From: Amoeboaphelidium occidentale
Taxonomy: Eukaryota
Length of the DNA: 53,618 bases
Reading direction: 5' to 3'
NCBI GenBank assembly: GCA_023515795.1
Contig: JALGPX010000088.1
Span: 1 to 53,618 of the forward strand
The position numbers and the translations under genes are program-made. The first letter of the stretch is position 1. Each line of letters starts with the position of its first letter. Below the pieces are notes generated by a model that saw nothing but the letters and a program-made list of their open reading frames with translations, was not told the DNA's origin and searched no databases. Positions 35,000 through 47,280 of the stretch are shown here, in pieces.

Positions 35000-35289
35000 T
35001 TTTTGGGAGACAAAAGATTACTAGCGGTAGACGCTTCAGCAAATTATGGCTTCAACCAATATATTAGCAATTCAGAGCTTCCATGAGGGCATATTCGGCA
35101 TTAATGTTAAATAGAGGACTAACTGTACCTGAGCGGTACACTATTTTTCAAGACTGGAACACGAAACGCGGAAATCTATTAGACATTGTGAGAACACAAG
35201 ACTGGATTATCCATAAACTAAACCAAAACGTAAAATATCAGCCGTTCCAGGCAGTGACAAGCCCTTGACTTGAAACTCCAGTCAGACGA

Positions 35290-35712
35290 TCATATCTTCC
35301 GCTTCTTCGCTTCTTGAACTAATTGCGCTAGTTGCTCGCTTTCCCGCTTTTCTCCGACCACGAATTTCTCTTTCTGTCTGAGGTATTCAAGTTCCTTTTC
35401 GATTAGCCCTGTTGGCTTCTTCGCCGCCGATGTCGTTTGTGCAGATGTAGTGGATGATAAGCCAACCAGCCGTTCCAGATTCTTGGCTACTTCAATGTTA
35501 TTCAGAAGAACAGAGTCTCTCTTTTTCTCCACTTCTCTGTCCTTCTGGCGCTTCCATTTCGGATCCAACAGTTCGATTTTGATATGTTCCTGGATTTCAT
35601 TAACAGGAATTTCCATTTGGCACTGTGGGCAAATTTGGGTGAGTGGTTTCTGCACTTGCCGTTTGCTTCTTGGAATGTAATCCTTTTTTATTTTGATGCC
35701 TTTTCGATTCAT
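35290..35712 (-). CDS. Stand-alone C-terminal segment of splicing factor SF3A1/Prp21
   Basis: [10 protein letters not shown]...[30 protein letters not shown]...EVAKNLERL matches the post-SURP region of fungal Prp21/Sap114. No SURP domains; in-frame TGA 11 codons upstream of the ATG. Confidence 0.8.
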   Translation of the reverse strand: MNRKGIKIKKDYIPRSKRQVQKPLTQICPQCQMEIPVNEIQEHIKIELLDPKWKRQKDREVEKKRDSVLLNNIEVAKNLERLVGLSSTTSAQTTSAAKKPTGLIEKELEYLRQKEKFVVGEKRESEQLAQLVQEAKKRKI

Positions 35713-37995
35713 TTCTTTACTGCTCCAAGTTTCACGCCCAAAAGATCATTGATCTCCTGGATTCTGCGTCTAGTCGCTTCTTCTTCTCTAATTCTTTCCT
35801 TCAATTCTCTTATCTCATTATCTACGGTCATTCTGGCATTCTTGGAACTCATTTCTGTCAGTTCCCATAGGCCATTGTTAACTTTCAATAGGAAGTTGTG
35901 ATGTTTCATCAAAGAAGGTCTGTGCGAAATCGTTATCAGAGTTATACCACTATTCTTTGCAGCATTGTACATAAGACCCTCCACGTCAGTTGAAACAGCT
36001 GAAGTGCACTCGTCTAGAATGGCGTACTTTGGCTTATGATAAAACACTCTCGCTAAATTCATCTACAAATCAGATACACTGTTCTTTGGTTGTGAAGCTT
36101 ACCCTTTGTTTCTCTCCTCCGCTAAACACATCTTTCCATTCTTTGCATGTATCCCAGCCTCCTTCTCTTGAAGGCAAATAAGACAAATGAACTGTTTCCA
36201 AAATTTCCATTAATTCTTCATCTGTTCTGCCACTCTTTATCATGTCTTCTCTAGTGTGTGGGTAAATTACTTGATCCCGCAATGTTCCTAATGACAAATA
36301 TGCTCTTTGCGGAATATAGATGATGTTTTGTTCTTCTGGTCTATCAATGACTCCTCTGAAAGCAGGCCATAAACCAGCAATGATTCTCATTATAGCAGTT
36401 TTACCAACACCATTTGGTCCAGTGATAAGAATGTGCATTCCTTCTTTGACATCAAGGGTCAAGTCTTTCACTAAGGCATCTCCTGAAGGTGTAACAATAG
36501 GAACAGATGTAATCTTAACACCATCATATCCAGATCTTACTAGACCACGAATATCATTCAAAGAATATTCTCTGATAGCTTCAGCTGAATTCAGACTATC
36601 ATCAGCAAAGCGTTTGTATCTTCTAGCCTTCATATCGTCAAAGACTTCCAACAATTCATGAACTCTTGACGTATAACCTGCCAGCTCTGCCAGTTCCTTG
36701 TAAGAATACATAATTCTTCCTCCTGCATCAGCCAATGAAATCATCAGCTTCTTGTTAGTGATGAAATCTCTTGTTCTGGAGCTTCTGTCAGACTTTACAA
36801 CTTCACGAGTCAACTCTGCGGCCTGAACAGCTTTCTGAGTCCAAGATGGCATGAATACCGGAACAGAGCACACAAGCAAACCAACAGCTGACCAACAGTA
36901 CTTGATGACAAAATCTTCAAACATATTGTAAAAGACACGAATCCTGTAGATTCGGTTGATATGTCTTATCAGAGTCATATAAGTCTTTTCCAGAATAGTT
37001 AATTCTCTCGCATCTCCATTGTAGAATGCAATCTCTTCAGCATTTGTAATCAAACGAGTGTGAACAGAACGAAAATCTCCTTCTAGTTTCGCTTCTACTG
37101 CAGCCAATTTACCAAAACCAGGCGTCACAGCACGCAACAAGTTCGCTGTTAAAACATAGTTCACAAACAATATGGCCATACCTGCACCTCCAATAGAATT
37201 AAACAGCTGATAATTGAAAATCACAGTGTCAAGAACAGGTTTCGCCAAGTTTGAATATAAAGAAGCACAAGCGTCACAGAACTTTGCCAAATCAGTACAT
37301 ATCAACTGATCACTAGATGAGCCAATACGTGAGTCCAATGTGCATATTTTGTAAAAGACCAAATCATCAAAGTACTTGTCATGAACATAATTTGTTAAGC
37401 GAGTTCTAAACGACAAGGCCAACTGAGACTGCAAGAAACGGATCATTGAGTTGGTGAAAGTCGCAGGTATAGCAATTGCGAACCAATAGAACAAACCACG
37501 CAAGAACTTGACCTTCTGATTTGAAACCAAATATTTCACAAGCGTTCCATCCAGTTTAGCGACAACAACCGAAAGCCAAGTTCTCAACACAAGAAAGAAT
37601 GTATGAGCCAGCAACAACAGAAACTCTTTGCTTTTATATCCAGGAATGACAATCTTCAATAGAAGGTGCAGCTTATTGTAAAACACAGAGTCAACTTGAA
37701 CTTTATCTTTGGACTTTGCCTGTTTCGACTTGTCTTGAGATGCTTCCTGTAGGTGGTGCGCAAAAGATTGCTGCCTCTTCCTGTGCTGCTTGTAAACAGA
37801 AGTCTGTTCATACTTTGACTTCAAGTATTTATACAGAAACGGAGAGGCTGTTAGAAGAGCTGCAACTAAATACTGTCTTCGTCTGGATAATCTAAACTTC
37901 TGCATGAAACCATCATAAGTTGAAGTAATCGGCCTATTCTCAGCGACATGGCGCAGGAGTAATTGAATAGTCGCAGGCAGTCCTTCTTTAGACAT
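35709..37995 (-). CDS. Peroxisomal ABCD half-transporter (Pxa1/Pxa2/PMP70 family), 2 exons
   Basis: [15 protein letters not shown] (EAA motif), [16 protein letters not shown] and LDECTSAVS. Intron 36102-36063. Confidence 0.93.
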
Positions 37996-38383
37996 TTTCA
38001 AAATGCACAAGTCGCTGTGAAAATGTTGTTTCGCGCTGAAAAGCCGTAAAAGTTTCAACAACCTGGGATAAAGGAACATGTGCTTAAATAAACTGGATGG
38101 AAGGATACTTAGAAAGCTTTGATAAGCAGCCTATTTTATCATGCTTTAGTGGTATCCCTGGCAATGATGCTTCACTTACTGCCTCATTGAACTTGGCAAA
38201 TATTAAAACTACTGAAACACTCTAAGATATCGCCATTAACAAAGCTTAAATTAGAATATTATACATTATGCTATCTACCTGAAACCCTCAAAGTGAAACT
38301 GCTGTCTGAAGTGGAACTCTTTTTGTGAGTCAAACAACCAACTTTGCGCTTCTTGTGAGTTGTTTCAGCAAGAGAGATAGAAA

Positions 38384-39857
38384 ATGCCAAAACAATCAGG
38401 AAGGAGAAGAACTACTACGGCTGGTGGGACTGCTGCTGCTGCAAATACAACAGTCTCCAATACAAAGTCATCTGGAAGGTCAAGAAAGAGTGCAAAGGGA
38501 GTCGTTGCAGATACGGAACAAGATGAGAATATCAACATTCTGACAAATACTGAGCTGCATGAAGTAGGGGACAAAGAAACCACTAAAGATGTTTCCACTG
38601 GCAGCAGTAAGAAGAGAGGCTCTAACAAAATGGCTCTGGAGGATTCTGCTGTCCATGATGCAAGTAAAACAGAAATGGCTGATGTTGAAGTTACAGGTGA
38701 TCAGGAACAGAAACAAGTTAAAAAGGTACTTTAATGACACAATTGTGAAAGTGTGTAACTCTTTCTTAGAGGCTGACAGAGTCAATGGCTTCTGCTAAAG
38801 AAGATGTTGGCGCAGCGCAAGATATTGAGCCGATTGTTCCTGTACCAATTCCAAAGCAAAAGAGGCTCTCTAGAAAGGAATCCTTTTCATTAAGAGGCAA
38901 ACGAAAATCTTCTTATGGAGAACTTCAATCGACTGTTCATGACGATGTTGCGCCAGAAGACTTTTCGAAACATGTTTCACCCGATCTTCCTGATCCTGTC
39001 CGTTTGAGACAGATTATCGTTTATGCTCTACAGAAGGAGATGTCACAAATGAAACCTTCTTCTGGCGATTCTATTAAGAGTGATCAAATGAGTGCTGATA
39101 AGATTGTTGATCTTGGTGTCCAAATGTTAATGGAAGAGCTAATGATGGATCTATTGAAGAAGAAGGTGAACACATCTTGGTATCATAGACCAAAAAGTTC
39201 TCGTGAGACTGAACCTGTGCTCATTATCCAGCCTAATCCAATGAATGAAGAAGTCGAAGCCCGTATCAGAGGATACGAACAAGTTCTAAAAAGGTATTAT
39301 TTCTATTCCAGATTGGGTTTAACTTTTGGAGGCTCGACGAAGAGGAGAAGTTTTGGAAAGAAGAATTGCCTGTGTTCATTGATGCAGAAAAAGAAAGAGT
39401 AAACACTGAATTGGCCGGTGTAACTGTTGAATCTCTAAATGAAACGGAAATGGCTAAAACAGCAGCTGAACTGCTGGAGTTAAACGACCAAGATAAAGAT
39501 TTCTTGGAGTCAGTCTTAAAATCAGATAACCCGTCAAAGTATCACAGTGAGTACGATATGTTGGAGCCGGTTATGGCTGCTGATCTGAATGAAACTCTAT
39601 CTAATGTGTCTCAACAGATACATGAGCTTAGTATCGAATCCAAGATTATGCAGTCATATGTAGAAGATAAGTTCCCAAAGATGGTTGATATATGCTGGAA
39701 GGATGATCGTGAAGAAATTGAACATCTGATCAAACCTCTTCGTGTTAAACGCCGATTATCATCTGCAGTACTACCAAAGGCAGATCAGACCAGCGATAAA
39801 GATAACAAGCCCGACTTAACGATAGAGATGTTGCGGGCTTTAAGTTCAGCCAAATAA
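38384..39857 (+). CDS. DSN1: Mis12-complex kinetochore subunit Dsn1/Mis13 (3 exons)
   Basis: RKESFSLRGKRKSS Aurora-B motif, HDDVAPEDFSKHVSPDLPDPVRLRQI, TSWY, PNPMN and C-terminal MLRALS. Introns 38726-38769 and 39294-39331. Confidence 0.85.
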
Positions 39858-39914
39858 TGGGATCGTTGTAATAAATTTGTATGTTCGTTTCAAAGGACCT
39901 TTTGTTCTCACAAT

Positions 39915-41224
39915 ATGATGTCAGAACGGCCAGATGTTTTGATGATCGGTGCAGGTATCTTTGTCGTCATAAATCTGAGTATATAGGCGAATACACTATT
40001 GGCTTACCGCCTGATACTTCTAATGCGACAAGTGCTACCAGCAGTGACAAGAAACTGGGCGTTGTTGCGTTGACATTCTTGCATTTACGTAAACTCGGCA
40101 AAGTTGGTAAAGTTGGCTTAGTCGCAACATCTGTTGAAAAGGCCACTAAAGCGCAGAAATGGTTGCATGAAGGCGTTGGCAAGACATTCAAGAATATTCC
40201 ATCAGATTTGGATTTCGTGTTCCCAAGAAACTCTGGTGTAAGATCTAATGAAATTTACAAGGAAGCAATCGTTAGCATGAAACCTGGCTCAATTGTTACA
40301 ATATTTACTCCAGACTCTACACATTTTGAAATGGCTGAGTGTGCGATCAAACGCGGACTTCATGTCATGGTAGCTAAGCCACCTGTGGTTTCCAGACAAG
40401 AGCATCAAGGTCTGATCGACTTGGCAAGAAAATATGGTGTATTGTGCTGCGTAGAGTTTCACAAGAGGTTCGATCCAGTTTATGAAGATGCTAGAAACCA
40501 GATTTCAAACCTGGAAAGATTTGGTCATGTTTCTTACTTCTACGCATACATGTCTCAACCAAAGTATCAATTGGAGACCTTTAAGCATTGGGTCGCAGAG
40601 AAGAAGTCTGATATAAGCTTCTACTTGAATTCTCATCATATTGATATGCTTTTATGGTGCTTAAACAATAAGGCTGTGCCTGTTTCAGTTTATGCTTCAG
40701 ACAGTACTGGAATTGCTGATGAATGTATAAACTCAAAGGATGTTTCAGACACGATTACTTTGTTGGTAAAGTTCAAGTATTTGAATTCCGCTCATACGTT
40801 TCATGCCGTTTTTACTTCATCTTGGGTTGCTCCAAAGGCGGAGGTTCACTCTCAGCAAAGATTTCAGTGTTTGGGTTCGAAAGCAGAAGTCAGAGTAGAT
40901 CAGGCTCATAGAGGATACGAATTATCATCTGATGCTACTGGTTATACTTCTAAGAATCCGCTATACATGAACTTTACACCGGACTCAAAAGGAAACTTCA
41001 TCGGTGTGAATGGATATGGCTACAAGAGTTTCAGTGTATTCGCTGAAGCATGTACACTGTTGAATTCGAAAAGAGCTTCATTAGATGAGAGTGGAACCGT
41101 CTTGACCGACTCTGACGTAATTGGTTTCGATTCGCTGTGTTCTATCCAGAGTTCGTTGTTCGTTACTTCGATTCTTGAAGCAGGAGCTGTTAGCTTGAAG
41201 GAAAAGAAGCCGATTGAAATCTGA
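39915..41224 (+). CDS. Gfo/Idh/MocA oxidoreductase, D-galacturonate reductase GaaA-like (2 exons)
   Basis: Removing a 32-nt intron (39955-39986) gives VLMIGAGEYTIG. Also IFTPDSTH, EFHKRFDPVY, YMSQPK and SDISFYLNSHHID. Confidence 0.8.
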
Positions 41225-41242
41225 AAGCAATTAAGGTAGAAT

Positions 41243-42649
41243 TTATTCCTTTTTTGGCTTAAAGCTAGGAAGGGAGTCTGACTGAAAATATAAAAGTAAT
41301 AAAATTGCTAAATGTTCTGCAAAAAGCAACATCGAAGACTGCTTAGTGGCAGGATACAAATTCCAACAATATTCAATAATAGCTTGGTTCAATATACACA
41401 CTATCACAACAGGAAGCAACTTCCATGATTTTCTCTTGGAACGTTTCGGATAAAATGCACTCCATAGTATGTAAGGCAAGCTAAAGAAATACCACGAGAA
41501 GAACTGATAGTGTAAAGATCTTGCAAAAACGACTCCTATAAAGTTTCCTATGAACATTAGTGATACAGCTTGTGTCGGTAATTCTGCTTCATCTGAAGAA
41601 GTTTGAAAAGGTTGTTTGAATAGCGAATACAAGAACCACAACATTCCACCATGGTTTTTAGTCCATTTTCGATGAATAAATAAAAGATAACAGCCTATGA
41701 AGCTCACTAGTAATCCAATTGCGAAGTTTTTCGACAAGAAGACTTCTTCTGGAAGAAACTTCCAGTTGACAGTCCACTGATACTGGAATACTCTTGTAAA
41801 CTCAAACGCCCTTCCTAAATACTGATATGGATATTCTTTAAGGAATGGAAAACCTAGCAGTATTTGAACTACAAGAATTATGAAACAGTTTAGCGTGGTC
41901 CTTGCTACACCAACATATGCCAACATCAGGACTCCCAAAGCAGGCAGAAACAATAGCAGATTCATTTTGATAGAAAGTCCAATACTTTAAAGTCATTAAA
42001 GTTCAACTTCAATGTTACCTGAACAAGATAGAGCCCAACATGAACTTGTGATGCTGCAATGCTAGAATGCAAGCATAAACGAACAACATCGCAACAGGAT
42101 CATTAAATAAACGCAACACAAATATAGAATGCACTCGCTTTGAAACACATAGTAATGCTAGAAGGAGTGGAGGTGTAAATCGCGCTTTTCTGTATATGAG
42201 ACACACCAGCGTGAACGTTGCCATGTACAAACCCATAAAAACGAACTGCGCCTTCTCAACATGAATGCCACCATCTGTAAGTTTATAAAGCCAAGAGTAA
42301 ATGTATACAAAACCAGCGGGGTAACTAAAATCAGATCGAAAGCAATGCTATAAAAGTACACCAAAGGGCCAGTCTGTCCACGAAGCATTTCATAATTCCT
42401 CTCACCCACCAGATATCCCTCTACTTCTTCCATATACGCAAACCAGTCTATTTCCGTGTCTTAAAATATAAAAGCGGTTAGTGAATGCGATTTACATGGA
42501 ACTTTGACAATTATCACATAATTTAACACGGTTTCAAGTAGCAGCAAAGGAATGAAGAGGTACGCAAAGTAGTCCCAATTGAATAGAACATTCTCCAAGA
42601 ATCGTATAGCCTTTTGCGAAAGGGGTTGAGTCTGTGTGATCTCCTTCAT
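41243..42649 (-). CDS. ALG3: Dol-P-Man alpha-1,3-mannosyltransferase (4 exons)
   Basis: [35 protein letters not shown] and ARSLHYQF. Introns 42495-42460, 42359-42325 and 42018-41985. An alternative start at 42712 is possible. Confidence 0.93.
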
Positions 42650-43101
42650 GCTTCGACGCTGACAAGAAAAGATATCTGTCAAGCACAGAATCTGCGCCAC
42701 AATCGCTTCCATTGATGATTTGAGTGTAATGAAAGCATACGAGGATTAAAAGGATATTCTGGGATGAATTAAAAATCATTATGACGCTTCTATACTCATG
42801 AGGGTGTTTGAGTCGCTCGTAATTGTTGCCCCTCTTGACAACCATGTGGTGGACCAGAGCGCACAAACAGAGTTTCGCTCACTCTCGCGTTCACCGTTTC
42901 TTCTTCAAACAGACACACTCTCAGCCCGCCCTCCTCTGTTGGCTATTCCTTTAATACTCTTCAGAGTTAATTCATTCGAACTGAGTCAATTATCAATTTG
43001 TACTGCTGAGGCTGTTGTTTCAAGATACCATTAAATTAAAAAGGTATCACTCCCTGCACTCTAGCCCCAGCTTATACTCTTCTTAACTGTTTAGATAGAC
43101 T

Positions 43102-44602
43102 ATGCTACATAATAAGCAACCAACCATGTTGACCAGAAGACAATCACTTGTATGTTCCTCAATTGGCTCCAAGACCATCTGATACTTACTCACTGATTTC
43201 CATTGTAGGGCAAAAGGACCATCACTACAACAACCACTAACAGCTCCAATGGCTCTGTTCAGCAGCACTCACAAAAGTCTGTTGTGGCTAAATCAGTATT
43301 GGCTGCAGCATCGACCAAGGATAAGGCTGTTGCTGCTCGTAAGAGAAAGGCCTTGGGTGATGTTTCAAATCAGGTTAATCAGAATGCTAATGAGGTTGGT
43401 CTCCAAGTGATATCAGTCTGTATTAACATGATAGAACAATGGTGGTGTTGCAGTTAAGAAGGAAAAGTTGGTTTCAACTACTTCGACCACTTCGGTTAAT
43501 CAGATATCTAAGGCCCGTGCTCAGAAGAAGGCAGATGAGAATATTGCACCTAAAGCTCAGGTTCAAACTCAAAAAAGTGTGACTGTTGTGAAGGAATCTA
43601 CTGTGAAGGTCACCGTTGAAGAACAGCCTGGCCGCGTGCTGCGTTCTCAAGCAAAACAGGTTGAGCCTGAACAACAGCAGCAACAGAAGAAGAAGGTCAA
43701 GGAAGCTGCAGCTGCTCCTGAAGAGCCTATTCAAGATTTGGATGCCATTGATATTGATGATCCAATGATGGCGTATGAGTATTCTCATGAAATTTTCGAG
43801 TATCTGCGTGAGCTTGAGGTAAATTGTCTTTAATGTCTTGATCTAATTACTTTAGGTTAAAACAATGCCAGATGCAGACTATATTTCCGCACAGAAGGAC
43901 TTGAAATGGAACATGAGGTCTATTTTAATCGATTGGTTAGTGGAAGTCCATCAGAAGTTTAGACTTTTGCCTGAAACGTTATTCCTTACAATTAACTTGC
44001 TTGACCGTTTCTTGTCTGTTCGCGCTGTGAAAGTGTCAAAGTTACAATTAGTTGGTGTCACTGCCATGTTCATTGCTTCAAAGTATGAGGAAGTTTATGC
44101 ACCGTCCATCAACCAGTTTGTCTACATCACTGACGGGGGCTATTCAAACGAGGAGATCTTGAAGGCTGAACGATTCATGTTGGCTTCATTGGACTTTGGC
44201 TTACACTATCCAAATCCTTTACATTTTTTGAGAAGATGCTCGAAGGCTGACGATTATGATACTTGCAGTCGTACAATGGCCAAGTACTTTCTAGAGGTCT
44301 GTTCCCTTCACGAGGAGTTCCTACCGTATACTCCGAGCTTGTGTGCAGCTGCTGGTATGTATATTGCTAGAAATGTTTTTGGTAAGAAGGAGTGGAATGC
44401 TACAATGAGATTTTACTCGGGTTACAGTGTTGAAGAGATGATTCCTGTTGTGAAGCGTTTAGTTAAGAGACTCAGACAAGAACCGAAATTCACCGCGATT
44501 TCTTCAAAATACGCAGGTGTGAAGTACAGCAGAGTCAGTAAACACGTAGAATTGTGGATTAAGAAGGATGAGAATGTCAAGACGCTTGGATATGGCTACT
44601 AA
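43102..44602 (+). CDS. B-type mitotic cyclin (Cdc13/Clb-like), 4 coding exons
   Basis: D-box RKALGDVSN and cyclin box MRSILIDWLVEVH...KYEE. Introns 43150-43208, 43395-43434 and 43819-43855. Start at 43102 or 43126. Confidence 0.93.
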
Positions 44603-44858
44603 ACTGGAACCTGGTGAATTAAAAATGTACTCGTAAAAACAAAAGACAAATTCAAAATAAATTTCTTATGGCGACAAAGGAAATCTCAGACTCATTAAAT
44701 CAGTATAATTTTGCTCTCATGGGAAAGTCAAGCAAAAAAAGAGTATCGTCATTGGTTCCTTTGTGCCATAAGGGACGCGTTTTGTGAAAGCGTGGCCATT
44801 GATTTTGCCGCGCCTTCAAAAAATCGTTCGCAGAAAAAGATTTCTATCCGCAGCCAAA

Positions 44859-45824
44859 ATGTCGTTTGCAAAACTGTTGCGCCGTTCTAAATTAGCAGCT
44901 TTCGATACCAACGCATCTAAATTATCCACACCCATTCAGCCTGCATGTGATAAGACTGGAGATTATGGATTGAAGTACAATGTTCCTGCACAATCAAGAT
45001 TCGAGAATATACGCGCCAAGGAAATTGATAACGGATACAACTTCTTCAGATTCCAGAATGCATCTTCTGACGGCCTACGATTTGAAGTTCTTCGTGAATT
45101 ATTTGGGAAAATAGGTGCAAATAGCAATCCTGCTAGCGAGACGCGGCGTGCTAGTGATGATTCTGCGGCTGATGTCACTGTCGAGGATTTAAAGAAGCTA
45201 CAGGCTGAATTTCTTGAAAGCACTAAAGATCAACCAGAATTACGAAGAGATATGAATTATTGTAATGAGTTTGTGAATGCCCGTTTATCAGAAGGCGCCC
45301 TGAAAAAGAAGTCGCATAACTTGGAATATGCTGCACCATCAAGACAAGTCCAGTCGTCCGAGAAGCTTCAGGATACTGATAGCCTTTATACAAAAGTCAA
45401 AGGAAGGATTCTTGGAGAAACACAAGATGGGTTTACAATTGGTGTTGGCGGCATTGTCGGATTTCTGCCAAAATCATTTCCATACTTTCGTCCGATTCCT
45501 GGATGGGATCCCAGAGACAGAAGGCAAGTTTATGATTTCTACGTGGAAGAATTATCTTTTGACGATGACGGCAGACCTGATTTGAAATTGACAATGTCCA
45601 GACCGTCAGGTAGAACTCTCACCGCTAAGCCAGTCGAACAGACAAAGACCGCTCCAAGTAATGCTGATGATGATAACTTATTGAGCTCTCTTCTTTCTCA
45701 AATGAAAAGTAGCTCTTCGCCGCGTAGCAAGAAAGTTGATGAGTCGGTCAATAAGGATGCAGCTGATGTTATGTCAAAGTTGTCTGATATCATTAAAGAC
45801 ATTCAAGGCTCAAGGAAACAATAG
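44859..45824 (+). CDS. MRP51: Mitochondrial ribosomal protein bS1m
   Basis: MSFAKLLRRSKLAAFD, GDYGLK and S1-like VKGRIL...IGVGGIVGFLP. Confidence 0.75.
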   Translation: MSFAKLLRRSKLAAFDTNASKLSTPIQPACDKTGDYGLKYNVPAQSRFENIRAKEIDNGYNFFRFQNASSDGLRFEVLRELFGKIGANSNPASETRRASDDSAADVTVEDLKKLQAEFLESTKDQPELRRDMNYCNEFVNARLSEGALKKKSHNLEYAAPSRQVQSSEKLQDTDSLYTKVKGRILGETQDGFTIGVGGIVGFLPKSFPYFRPIPGWDPRDRRQVYDFYVEELSFDDDGRPDLKLTMSRPSGRTLTAKPVEQTKTAPSNADDDNLLSSLLSQMKSSSSPRSKKVDESVNKDAADVMSKLSDIIKDIQGSRKQ

Positions 45825-45884
45825 ACAGCATTAGTCAATTAATGAATTTTTATTCCTAAAACTATACGTAATCATATCATGGTC

Positions 45885-47133
45885 TTAATTCAATAACATG
45901 TTCAAGCTCATTTTTGTTTTTGACGGCACTTCTTCCATTGTAACTGTGGATGCAGGAGTAAATTTCACAGGAGATGGTGCTTTTGATGAGGGATTTGATA
46001 GCATTGCTCTTCTTGAAACGTATCTGACTTCCTCGTCCTTATGATAATCTTGTGCTCTTGTAGATTCTTGCTTTACACCATTATTTGTTGAGTCTTTTAG
46101 CAAATTTTTAATTGAATGTTTCGCAGCATTGCTCAGCATTTTGATCGCACTGTTATCTTCTTTAGATGGAGCAGCAGAGACTAAATCTAAAGTCTGATGC
46201 TTCTTTAGTAACTTGGCATAATGCAAACCACTACAAGAATTAGCGCATTGATGTTTTAACTTACCATGCATTACAAAGTGTTCTGCTGCCATCTGGACCT
46301 CTTCTCCATTCAGGAGTATCTGTTGTATTACAAGAGTGACACCTTTGAACTTTGTCTGTTCCCTGGAAGGATGTCTTTCTAACTCTTCTCTTAATAACTC
46401 TTGGCTGACCGGTCGAAGTGACATTGGACGGCCTCAAGTCTCTAATTTTCTCTAGTTCTGGATGCGTATTAGTTGTTGACAAACATGCGGAATCATTAGA
46501 CTTTGCGCTAGCCGAGTAACTGGTAACAGGCCTAGCCGACCTAGGCGAGACCAAATTAGCGTAAGATTCAGCAAGCTTCATTAAATCAGCAGAAAGACCC
46601 TTCATTGTTCCCAGAGACTTGGTACTCAGTAGCTTGTGACAAACTGAATGAATTTGCAGGAGTTGCTCGTCCTGCTTAGTAAGCATTTGTTGCTGAAATG
46701 GTGCAGAAAGAGCAAACTGTTGTTGATAGTGAACTTGAGGGTGATATACTTGAAAGTACTCCGGTTGCATCATGATCGCATCGACAGCTGAGTTGATCTT
46801 TGCATTAGTGTAGGCTGGAAGGATGGTCATTGATAGATTTGGCTTTGAGGCCGAGACTGCAGTAACTGAAGGACCAGATGTGTATAGGTGATAAAGAGTA
46901 GATGTGTAGGGGGCTGTAGGTGTTTCTGTGTTTAGTATATTGTGCAAAGAAGGTAGCTGCATCCTGTTCTTGTCGATCCCATGTGGTTGCCCGTTGACAC
47001 TGAAAGTTGGTTCTGGCACCGATACAAGATTCAATGAAGAATAGACAGAATCGGGCTGAGAGGAGCTAGACTTGCTATAGCTATTATGATTCTGTTCTCC
47101 TTGTTCCTTAGATGCAGAGCTACTGCTGATCAT
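45885..47133 (-). CDS. GATA zinc-finger transcription factor, NsdD/SUB-1-like (2 exons)
   Basis: [33 protein letters not shown] (Cx2C-x18-Cx2C) is restored by the 34-nt intron 46264-46231. Confidence 0.9.
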
Positions 47134-47280
47134 CGAAAGACAAACTGACGATTTGATCGGCGTGCTACAGCTTGAAGCGAGCTATTTTCCGACTGTATAC
47201 AGATCTGTCACAATCGGACTCTGATAATAAGTTTATTGATAGTACTATTCGCGTTAAAGGCTGTTAAATGGGTTAATAAT

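Noticed and set aside
189..44602. Cluster of mitotic genes (Sos7-like, Zwilch, DSN1, cyclin B)
   Set aside because: They are spread over 44 kb among about 30 unrelated genes, so chance cannot be excluded without synteny data.
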